A stretch of DNA of 13,650 bases, from positions 1 through 13,650 of the IMG/VR virus record IMGVR_UViG_3300029490_000278; one strand, given 5' to 3'. Under the pieces are notes generated by a model. That model searched no databases. It was not told the DNA's origin and saw only the letters and a program-made list of their open reading frames with translations. The translations under genes were made by a program, and so were the position numbers. The stretch is from a virus (taxonomy: Duplodnaviria; Heunggongvirae; Uroviricota; Caudoviricetes). Positions within the stretch are counted from its first letter, which is position 1, and each line of letters starts with the position of its first letter. Of the stretch, positions 1-6,952 are shown in pieces.

Positions 1-1053
1 TTATTTCCCCACCAGCTCGTTTATCTCTTTCACTGTCTGGTTAAACCGCTCTGACTCAAGCTCAACACCTAAGGCCCGACGCCCCAGCGCCATTGCTGCT
101 TTTATTGTGGAACCGGATCCCATAAAAAAATCAGCAACCAGATCACCAGGTCGACTACTGGCATTGATTATTTGCCTGAGCATATCCGCCGGTTTCTCAC
201 ACGGATGTTTACCCGGGTAGAACTGAACGGGTTTATGCATCCAGACATCGGTATAAGGCACGGAGACTGATACGGAGAAATAGCGCCGGAGAGATTTAAA
301 CTCATCCAGCAATTCAGAATATTTGCGATTCAGTGAATCATAAGACGCCGCCAGCTGGTGGTGTGGTTGTTCCAGTTGTTGTTCCTGAAACTTCTCTGCC
401 GCTATACGGGAAAACAGTGCCTGTAACTTCCGATAGTCAGCCTCATTCGGCAACTGCCACTGACTGGCACCAAACCAGTGGGAAACCATATTTTTCTTAC
501 CTGTGGCTTCGGCAATTTGTTTTGCCGTTATACCCAGTTCGGCACGAGCATCCCTGAAATACGATATCAGCGGTGCCATTATGTGCTGTTTGAGTTCCCT
601 TTCTTTTGCTGCATAGCCGTCACTTTTGCCGCGATATGGCCCCTGGTAATGTTCAGCAAACAGAACGCGCTCTGTGGCAGGAAAATATGCGCGCAGACTT
701 TCTTTATTACACCCATTCCAACGTCCGGACGGCTTCGCCCAGATGATATGGTTAAGCACGTTGAAACGTTCACGCATCATGATCTCAATATCAGATGCCA
801 GGCGATGCCCACAGAACAGGTAAAGGCTTCCGGCAGGTTTTAACACCCGCCAGAACTGGGCCAGACAGTGGTCCAGCCACTTAAGGTAATCTTCGTCCCC
901 TTTCCACTGATTGTCCCAGCCGTTGGGTTTCACCTTGAAGTACGGCGGATCGGTAACAATCAGGTCAATGGAATCATCAGGCAGGGACTGAATAAAATGC
1001 AGGCAATCAGCGTTGATTAAATCAACACTGTTTATTTTTACAGTATTTTTCAT
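1..1053 (-). CDS. DNA methyltransferase, amino-MTase type (N6-adenine or N4-cytosine), beta-class motif order
   Basis: 350-aa ORF. Motif IV DPPY near the N-terminus (LIVTDPPYF) and motif I FxGxG near the C-terminus (DFFMGSGST). ATG at 1051-1053; stop TAA is complement of bases 1-3, so the gene is complete within the window. No clear SD. Confidence 0.85.
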   Translation of the reverse strand: MKNTVKINSVDLINADCLHFIQSLPDDSIDLIVTDPPYFKVKPNGWDNQWKGDEDYLKWLDHCLAQFWRVLKPAGSLYLFCGHRLASDIEIMMRERFNVLNHIIWAKPSGRWNGCNKESLRAYFPATERVLFAEHYQGPYRGKSDGYAAKERELKQHIMAPLISYFRDARAELGITAKQIAEATGKKNMVSHWFGASQWQLPNEADYRKLQALFSRIAAEKFQEQQLEQPHHQLAASYDSLNRKYSELLDEFKSLRRYFSVSVSVPYTDVWMHKPVQFYPGKHPCEKPADMLRQIINASSRPGDLVADFFMGSGSTIKAAMALGRRALGVELESERFNQTVKEINELVGK

Positions 1054-1203
1054 GGATCAGTAAGCGTAACTCTGGTAGGCTCACTCTGCTTTTGCGCTAA
1101 AGCAGTGGGCCGTGGTTCGCTTGTGACCAGTAAGCATGAGCGAATGGCTGGCAGGTGCTACCAACACCCACCAGCCGCCCATTTTCACAGCAGGAAACCG
1201 CCA

Positions 1204-1407
1204 TTACTGGCAGCGTCTGAATTTATTCCCGTACCCGCCGTTATCCTTCGCCAGACCCGCCAGAACTAACTGAGTCAGTATTAACTGGCACCGGGCTTCG
1301 CTTACTCCGGTAGTTCTCGTCATCATGCGTGGCGTTACCCACTTGTCAGCAGGTAAGAAATGAAGGACTGCGGCGGCGGTTTCTGTCATATCTTGCTGTT
1401 TTAGCAT
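1204..1407 (-). CDS. Small helical protein (67 aa), possible winged-helix DNA-binding regulator
   Basis: SD AAGGGA about 8 nt upstream of the ATG at 1407; the in-frame upstream ATG at 1431 has no SD. Sequence resembles small phage regulators, but no diagnostic motif. Confidence 0.45.
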   Translation of the reverse strand: MLKQQDMTETAAAVLHFLPADKWVTPRMMTRTTGVSEARCQLILTQLVLAGLAKDNGGYGNKFRRCQ

Positions 1408-1452
1408 GTCTTTTTCCCTTCTGGTTAACATGACATACCAATAACTCTTGTC

Positions 1453-1479
1453 TAAAAAGCCAGCAAGATAAAAAGCCAG
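1453..1479. repeat. Two 11-bp direct repeats TAAAAAGCCAG (1453-1463 and 1469-1479)
   Basis: Exact repeat read directly from the sequence, 16-bp periodicity, lying between the candidate terminator at 1529-1551 and the start of the small - strand gene. Role unknown. Confidence 0.6.
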
Positions 1480-1528
1480 TATTCACGACCACCAGCGTGT
1501 TTACTGTACTGCACCAGGTTTACAGGTA

Positions 1529-1551
1529 CAAAAAAACCGCTCAGCGGCGGG
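1529..1551 (-). terminator. Candidate intrinsic terminator on the - strand (short GC stem plus 7-U tract)
   Basis: + strand reads caAAAAAAACCGCTCAGCGGCGGG. On the - strand this is a short CCGC/GCGG stem followed by UUUUUUU (1530-1536). The stem is short, so this is weak. Confidence 0.3.
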
Positions 1552-1599
1552 TTTAAGTTGTGTGGCGAAGTAACCACTCTTAACATAATACAATACTTT

Positions 1600-1653
1600 T
1601 TGCGTACGCGTTAATAATTCTATATTATACAAGAAAAACAAGCTGGAAGACAA
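1600..1653. promoter_or_regulatory. AT-rich intergenic region with candidate divergent sigma70 promoters
   Basis: + strand: TTGCGT (1600-1605), 17-nt spacer, TATTAT (1623-1628), upstream of the OLD-like gene. - strand: TTGTCT (complement of 1648-1653), 18-nt spacer, TATAAT (complement of 1624-1629). Pattern match only. Confidence 0.25.
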
Positions 1654-1658
1654 TTAAA

Positions 1659-3437
1659 GTGAGTGAAATCATAAAGTTAAAAGGGCTAATGAATACAAAT
1701 GCTATTGAGCCGTTCATTCGCCATATACGGTTTCCGTATTTTAAAAATCTTGAAGAATATAGCACTATACATTTTCACTATCCTATTACTGCATTAGTTG
1801 GTCAAAATGGAACCAATAAAAGCTCAGTATTACGTGCATTATATGGTTCTCCAAATAATTATTCCTTAGGAAATCTTTGGTTTTCAACTGATCTAGACGA
1901 GATTAAAGATGGTGGTCGTTCTAGATTTATTTATGGATACTATGATTCCGCATCTAAAGATGTTGTTGAAGTAATAAAAACAAGGATTGTAGACAAGGAG
2001 GATCCTGATTTATGGGAAACTTCGAGACCTCTAACTAAAGATGGTATGAAAAAAATACCAACAGATATTATTTCGCCAAATCAGCAAAAATCACGCTGGA
2101 AACAGATAGACAAAATTGTCACATATATTGATTTTAGAGCTTCGATCAGTGCATTCGATAAATTCTTTTATCATTCGGACTTTGATCTTTATCCAAAGAA
2201 AAATCACCTGAGAAAAAGAAGCCATCTTCTTAAAGAGATAATAGATAAAGGCCTAACATCATACAAGCCCTTTAAAGGTAAAAAAGAAAGGTTGTATAAG
2301 AATGAATTACTTTCTCAAGAGAAGGTAGAAATCATCAGCGATATACTTGGTAGACCTTACAAAACAATTAGACTTATTGAGCATGCCTTATTTACAAACA
2401 ATAAGGCTTCAACCGTTATTTTAGAGTCTCATAGTCTCAACTACTCCGAGGCTTTTGCAGGAAGTGGGGAGTTTGCAGTAACTATTCTCGTAAATCAAAT
2501 TGTTAACGCGCCAACAGCATCATTAATTCTTTTAGATGAACCCGAAGTCTCACTTCATCCAGCAGCACAGTTTAAATTGATGTCTTTTCTAAATAAGATT
2601 TGCTTAAAAAACAAACATCAAATTGTTATTTCAACACACTCATCATCTATAGTTAGCCAACTACCTAAGGAAGCCATAAAACTTTTTAATCTTAATTCAA
2701 ACTCAGGGAAAGTTAGTATAGTTGAAAACGTTAGCCCTGAGGAAGCTTTCTTTACGCTTGGAGACCGACTATCAAAAAAAACTATCTTTGTAGAAGATAA
2801 ACTGGCTAAAAAATTCGTTGAGAAGGCTTTAAAATCAGGAGGTCCTGCCCTAGCCAATACATTTGATGTTATATATTGCCCAGCTGGTGCAAGCACATTA
2901 TTAGGTAATATGATTGTCTCATTATTTTTATCAAGAGTTGATAATGCGGTATTTTTATTGGATGGTGATCAGAAGACAAGCCATGATTTCATTACATCAG
3001 CCTTAATACCAAGCAGTGAAGATAATTCTTTAAATGAAAAAATAAAAAATATTCTTGGGTGTGAAATTAAAATACCAACTGATGGGCATGGTGGAACTCC
3101 AAATAAACAGCAGAAGATTCAACTTCAGCGTGATTTCATTGATTTTTCATATAATTATGTAGGGTATTTACCTATCATTAATCCAGAAACTTTTTTGATT
3201 GACAATCTTCCGGCTTTTTACTCCGATATGATTAAAGATTTAAACTTATCAAAACTATCACCAAAATCAATAATTGCAGAAATATGTAAAAGAGACATAG
3301 AAAATAACGTTATAACTTCTGATGATATTTTCGCAACACAAATCAGGATACTAACCCGAATACCTGAGAATCATGTCGCATTTTCTGAAACGAGAGAAAT
3401 GCTGAAATTTTTCCTTGAACATGGTAAGATAAGATAA
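1659..3437 (+). CDS. OLD-family nuclease: N-terminal ABC-type ATPase plus C-terminal TOPRIM domain
   Basis: 592-aa ORF. Walker A GQNGTNKS (res 48-55), signature-like AGSGE, Walker B LILLDEPEVSLHP (D293/E294), H-loop STHS, TOPRIM glutamate in TIFVEDK (E379) and DxD in FLLDGDQ (D434/D436). Start is GTG at 1659; an in-frame ATG at 1689 is the alternative. Visibly AT-rich relative to flanks. Confidence 0.8.
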   Translation: MSEIIKLKGLMNTNAIEPFIRHIRFPYFKNLEEYSTIHFHYPITALVGQNGTNKSSVLRALYGSPNNYSLGNLWFSTDLDEIKDGGRSRFIYGYYDSASKDVVEVIKTRIVDKEDPDLWETSRPLTKDGMKKIPTDIISPNQQKSRWKQIDKIVTYIDFRASISAFDKFFYHSDFDLYPKKNHLRKRSHLLKEIIDKGLTSYKPFKGKKERLYKNELLSQEKVEIISDILGRPYKTIRLIEHALFTNNKASTVILESHSLNYSEAFAGSGEFAVTILVNQIVNAPTASLILLDEPEVSLHPAAQFKLMSFLNKICLKNKHQIVISTHSSSIVSQLPKEAIKLFNLNSNSGKVSIVENVSPEEAFFTLGDRLSKKTIFVEDKLAKKFVEKALKSGGPALANTFDVIYCPAGASTLLGNMIVSLFLSRVDNAVFLLDGDQKTSHDFITSALIPSSEDNSLNEKIKNILGCEIKIPTDGHGGTPNKQQKIQLQRDFIDFSYNYVGYLPIINPETFLIDNLPAFYSDMIKDLNLSKLSPKSIIAEICKRDIENNVITSDDIFATQIRILTRIPENHVAFSETREMLKFFLEHGKIR

Positions 3438-3463
3438 ATTTTAGATTATTATAGAGACAGATC

Positions 3464-4498
3464 ATGAAGAAAAAAATCAAAGTTTTTGACTTCTTTTCAG
3501 GATGCGGGGGAACAAGCAAAGGCCTTAAAGAGGCTGGGTGCGAAATTTTCTTCGGTCTCGATTATGATTATGACTCTGGTCAAACCTTTCAGGCAAATAA
3601 TCCTGATGCTATATTTTTTAATGAGGATATACGCTCCGTTAAGTTAAATGATTTATTTCAGCTTGTAAAAAAAGCGAAGCAAGACTCACATGTTTTGTTT
3701 TGTGGTTGTGCTCCATGTCAACCGTTCTCAAGGCAAAATAAAAATAAAAGCAAAGAAGATCCTCGAAGAGGATTATTAAACGAATTTGGTCGTTTTATCG
3801 AGTACTATTGTCCTGATTATGTACTGATAGAAAATGTTCCAGGATTACAAAAAGTTGATATTAACGATGGACCATTGCATGATTTTATAACTCTTCTGAA
3901 AAAGAAAGATTATAATTTAGCTTATGGTGTGATTCCCGCTTTATGGTACGGAGTGCCTCAAACCAGAGAGCGTTTTGTTCTTATGGCCTCACTTCATTCC
4001 CCAATCCATCTACCAGAGCGCACGCATAATGGCGAAGATATCCCATTTGCGACGGTAAGAGATTGGATCGGAAATATACCACCAATTGAGGCAGGTGAAT
4101 CACATCCTACATTACGAGATCATGTTAGTGCAAAACTCTCTGCTTTAAATCTTAAAAGAATTAAAGCAACGCCAGAGGGTAAAGGTCGAGAGTTTTGGCC
4201 TAAAGAGTTGTTACTTGAATGTCATAAAAACCATACAGGTCACAGCGATGTATATGGCCGATTAGCATGGGATAAACCTGCTAGTGGATTAACTACAAGA
4301 TGCATTAGTTACTCTAACGGAAGATTTGGCCATCCTGAGCAACACCGGGCAATTTCTGTTCGCGAGGCTGCACTGCTACAAACATTTCCATTGGATTATA
4401 TATTCATCGGTTCAATGCTTTCTAAAGCTAAACAAATTGGTAATGCAGTCCCACCTAAAATGGCGGAGTCTATAGGGCATGTTTTTATGAATATTTAG
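3464..4498 (+). CDS. DNA (cytosine-5)-methyltransferase, Dcm-type
   Basis: 344-aa ORF with the full C5-MTase motif set: I FDFFSGCGG, IV GCAPCQPFS (catalytic Cys), VI IENVPGL, VIII QTRERF, X QIGNAVPP. Starts 26 nt after the OLD-like stop on the same strand; AT-rich. Confidence 0.9.
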   Translation: MKKKIKVFDFFSGCGGTSKGLKEAGCEIFFGLDYDYDSGQTFQANNPDAIFFNEDIRSVKLNDLFQLVKKAKQDSHVLFCGCAPCQPFSRQNKNKSKEDPRRGLLNEFGRFIEYYCPDYVLIENVPGLQKVDINDGPLHDFITLLKKKDYNLAYGVIPALWYGVPQTRERFVLMASLHSPIHLPERTHNGEDIPFATVRDWIGNIPPIEAGESHPTLRDHVSAKLSALNLKRIKATPEGKGREFWPKELLLECHKNHTGHSDVYGRLAWDKPASGLTTRCISYSNGRFGHPEQHRAISVREAALLQTFPLDYIFIGSMLSKAKQIGNAVPPKMAESIGHVFMNI

Positions 4499-4518
4499 CT
4501 GGAGCGTAAGCTCCAGCT
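4497..4518. terminator. Perfect 9-bp inverted repeat with GTAA loop between convergent genes
   Basis: AGCTGGAGC-GTAA-GCTCCAGCT, read directly. It overlaps the C5-MTase stop (4496-4498) and ends 3 nt before the stop of the - strand Q-like gene (4522). No U-tract on either side. Confidence 0.4.
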
Positions 4519-4521
4519 TAC

Positions 4522-4863
4522 CTATAACATTGACATTACTCCCTCAACAAATCCCAAGGCGGATTGCAAATCCTTCCGGATAGTCCCGTCCGAACATTTC
4601 CGCTTCTTTGCAATTGTGCGGAGTGAAATACCTATAACAAAGTGAACAATGAGCAGCTCAAACTCATCTGGTTTATACTTTCGTAACCGAGCCACACAAC
4701 TGTCTACCATAATACCTTCGTCATCATCACACTGAATCCGGGACTTTTTGCCATGAGGTAAAAGCCCCTTAAAGCCAGCGGCTACCTGTTGCCAATCCAC
4801 ACCACTGTTTTCTGCCGCAGCCCATGCCCCCCAGCGGTCCAAAACTTCATACATATCACGCAT
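4522..4863 (-). CDS. Small Q-like late-gene antiterminator (tentative)
   Basis: 113 aa from the ATG at 4863, with SD GGAGAAA 5-6 nt upstream. Family assignment is from recalled similarity to small Q-type antiterminators and from position after the nin-like genes; no motif is diagnostic. Confidence 0.4.
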   Translation of the reverse strand: MRDMYEVLDRWGAWAAAENSGVDWQQVAAGFKGLLPHGKKSRIQCDDDEGIMVDSCVARLRKYKPDEFELLIVHFVIGISLRTIAKKRKCSDGTIRKDLQSALGFVEGVMSML

Positions 4864-4880
4864 CAACTTTCTCCACAAAA

Positions 4881-5876
4881 TCAGGCCAGCACGCCTATTG
4901 CCAGCGCACGATCGATAAAACGAAATATCAGCTCCAACTGGGAGCCATACTTCTCTTCAAATGCCACGGTATCCGCATGTAGTTCGTCGTGATGCTTTCT
5001 GCACAAAGGCAACACAAAGAGGTCATGCGCTTTTGTACCCATTCCCCCCTGACCGTGGCCTATCAGGTGGTGGGGATCATCAGCAGGCTTTCCACAACAT
5101 GCACACGGCTGTGTCTTAACCCAGCGCGTGTACTTTTCATTAACCCAGCGGCGACGTTTTGGGCGTAACATAAAAGACTCCGGCGACTTCGGATCCACTT
5201 TCAGCGCCAGCACTTTTTTCGCTTTATCCTGGATGATGCTGGTGGCAGGAACCGAAGGCACAAGGTCACTTTCCCGGGTAACAGACGGCACAACAGGCTT
5301 CGGTAATCTAAGTGCCTTACGGGCTGCACTTTCCGGTAAGGCATCCGCCAGGTCATTACGAATCAGCCACCAGCACAGTTCCGGCATTGTCACAACGTGA
5401 CTGTCATCAAAACCGAGATCCCGACGCACAACAGACAACACCCAGCGGGCACAGTTATCCGTTGCCATTGATTCCAGCCGTTCTGTGAACTGATCGCGCA
5501 GCTGGTTATCGCAGTGCCAGCACAGACGGATTGCGCCCGGAGCGTGTCGCATTGTGGTCATGTTCTCGCTGTGCCAGTCGGAATGAGGCCACTGGCAGCC
5601 TTTTTCACGAAGTAACCAGCTTTCAAGACATTCCACGCCACCAGCACGACGGATCACTGCCTCATTGCGGAACACGCCCCGAACGGCAGGATCATCCGCC
5701 AGCGGTTGTGATGCCGCGGGAACGGCACCACTGGCGAAAGATGAATAACGCTCCGGCTCAGGCTCCAGCAGGACACGCCCCTGCATAAATAGGGGCATCA
5801 GCTCTGAACCTGGTCTGAACAATACGATCCCCATACGCGGGGCAATTTCAGGGGTCAGTAGTGCTCTCACGGTCAC
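4881..5876 (-). CDS. Phage nin-region protein with C-terminal Cys/His (HNH-like or zinc-binding) motif, DUF968-like (tentative)
   Basis: 331-aa ORF. C-terminus carries CACCGKPADDPHHLIGHG...LPLCRKHHDELH. The GTG at 5876 overlaps the upstream TGA stop (GTGA), suggesting translational coupling; exact start is ambiguous. Confidence 0.6.
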   Translation of the reverse strand: MTVRALLTPEIAPRMGIVLFRPGSELMPLFMQGRVLLEPEPERYSSFASGAVPAASQPLADDPAVRGVFRNEAVIRRAGGVECLESWLLREKGCQWPHSDWHSENMTTMRHAPGAIRLCWHCDNQLRDQFTERLESMATDNCARWVLSVVRRDLGFDDSHVVTMPELCWWLIRNDLADALPESAARKALRLPKPVVPSVTRESDLVPSVPATSIIQDKAKKVLALKVDPKSPESFMLRPKRRRWVNEKYTRWVKTQPCACCGKPADDPHHLIGHGQGGMGTKAHDLFVLPLCRKHHDELHADTVAFEEKYGSQLELIFRFIDRALAIGVLA

Positions 5877-5877
5877 C

Positions 5878-6687
5878 TCAATGTACGGTATCGAGCAGCT
5901 TTAACAGCTCAGGGAATCGGGATTCGAAGAAATGCGGCTGCGTCTCGCGCGGATTTGCGGGACTGGTGATGTTCTTGCCGAACATGCAGCCTTTCGCTGT
6001 CAGTGACCAGAATTTTTTGATGTTGTTAATCGCGGTACGGCTGTATCGTTCGCGCTGCTCGACGATCCCCAGCTTCACCATCTGGTGATATGCCTGATTA
6101 GCTGTCAGGCGGATACCATACTGCTTCAGCAATGCACTCAGTGACAGCGTGGGGCGGCTTGAGCCATCAGGCGCGTCAGCAGGAGCATCAATGGCATAGC
6201 GCGGTGCCAGATTCGGTAAGCCAACAGCCTCCTGGAGTTTCTGACAGGCACCAAGCACTGAAGAGTTAGACAGGTTTAATTCCCGGCGCATAAAGTCCAG
6301 CAGAATCACACCAGCCTGCATCTTGTCAGCAGCCTGTCCGGATAATTTTTCCGGTGCGCTGGTTACCATGTCGAAAGTACGGATCACCTTCAGATGGAAT
6401 GACGGGCTGATCCACATTGCATAGGCATACACCAGTTCTTTGCAGACATACGTCCCCTGGTTATTTCCGCCATTAATGACGCTAACTGGTTGATTTTGTT
6501 CCAGAGGCGGAATTCCACCCTCGGTGAAAAGTTGTTCAATCAATTCACAGGTTTGCTTATTGGAGAGCCAGTATTTCGGGCGGTTTTTTTGTTCTCCCCC
6601 GGCTGCCCTGTGCAGATCGTTCAGGCTGTAACGCCCATAAGCATCACGACGAACTTCAATACCATCAATGACCATCAGATTATTCAT
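5878..6687 (-). CDS. KilA-N domain protein (antirepressor-like)
   Basis: 269 aa from the ATG at 6687, with SD GAGGAG about 8 nt upstream. N-terminal region (MVIDGIEVRRDAYGRYSLNDLHRAAG...YWLSNKQTCELIEQL...GTYVCKELVYAYAMWISPSFHLKVIRTFD) fits the KilA-N fold pattern. Confidence 0.65.
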   Translation of the reverse strand: MNNLMVIDGIEVRRDAYGRYSLNDLHRAAGGEQKNRPKYWLSNKQTCELIEQLFTEGGIPPLEQNQPVSVINGGNNQGTYVCKELVYAYAMWISPSFHLKVIRTFDMVTSAPEKLSGQAADKMQAGVILLDFMRRELNLSNSSVLGACQKLQEAVGLPNLAPRYAIDAPADAPDGSSRPTLSLSALLKQYGIRLTANQAYHQMVKLGIVEQRERYSRTAINNIKKFWSLTAKGCMFGKNITSPANPRETQPHFFESRFPELLKLLDTVH

Positions 6688-6706
6688 ACTTCGTTTCTCC
6701 TCTTGA

Positions 6707-6952
6707 TCAGGCGGCTGCACCCGCCGGTTTCTCGTACTTACTGATAGTGATCTCGACCTTCCCTTCCGGGATAACCGGTCCCCACTCCACCAACATTCTT
6801 TTCACTTGGCTGTCGTCTTCCCACACACCCGCGTGGGTCAGGGCGTCAAACAGCGCCTTGTTATAGTTGTCCAGATCGCGGATCCGGTTACGGGTCTTCG
6901 CGTTTTTCGGTGTACGTGCTGACGGACGGTGATAAGCGCAGGGAAAGCTCAT
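6707..6952 (-). CDS. rusA: RusA-like Holliday-junction resolvase, conserved C-terminal core with short or atypical N-terminus
   Basis: C-terminal 55 residues (RIRDLDNYNKALFDALTHAGVWEDDSQV...GKVEITISKYEK) match the RusA catalytic region, including the DLDN and DD acidic residues. The ORF can be extended to an ATG at 7066 (119 aa), but that N-terminus overlaps the O-like gene in another frame and lacks the usual RusA N-terminal motif. Confidence 0.5.
   Translation of the reverse strand: MSFPCAYHRPSARTPKNAKTRNRIRDLDNYNKALFDALTHAGVWEDDSQVKRMLVEWGPVIPEGKVEITISKYEKPAGAAA

Noticed and set aside
333-843. ORFs 333-557 (+), 478-843 (+) and 579-773 (-) inside the amino-MTase gene
   Set aside because: They lie within or antisense to a well-supported 350-aa MTase ORF, have no SD and no recognisable motifs; treated as shadow ORFs.
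2618-2896. 92-aa - strand ORF inside the OLD-like gene
   Set aside because: Antisense to a gene with a complete ATPase/TOPRIM motif set; low-complexity translation typical of an AT-rich shadow frame.
1659-4498. Canonical Gabija or PARIS as the identity of the OLD-containing cassette
   Set aside because: No UvrD-like helicase (GajB) and no separate AriB-like gene are adjacent; the only partner is a C5-MTase.
4789-6088. + strand ORFs 4789-4992, 5128-5400, 5531-5788 and 5861-6088
   Set aside because: All are antisense to longer - strand genes that have motifs and coupled starts; compositions are Ser/Arg/Pro-rich and implausible.
6490-6744. 84-aa + strand ORF over the KilA-N gene start
   Set aside because: Antisense shadow of the KilA-N gene; no SD.
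6888-6950. RusA-like N-terminal motif (LSLRLSPSVSTY) in the O-like frame at the 3' end of the O-like gene
   Set aside because: It occupies the same nucleotides as the RusA-frame sequence and sits only about 20 codons from the DLDN motif instead of about 60 as in canonical RusA; judged a chance resemblance.
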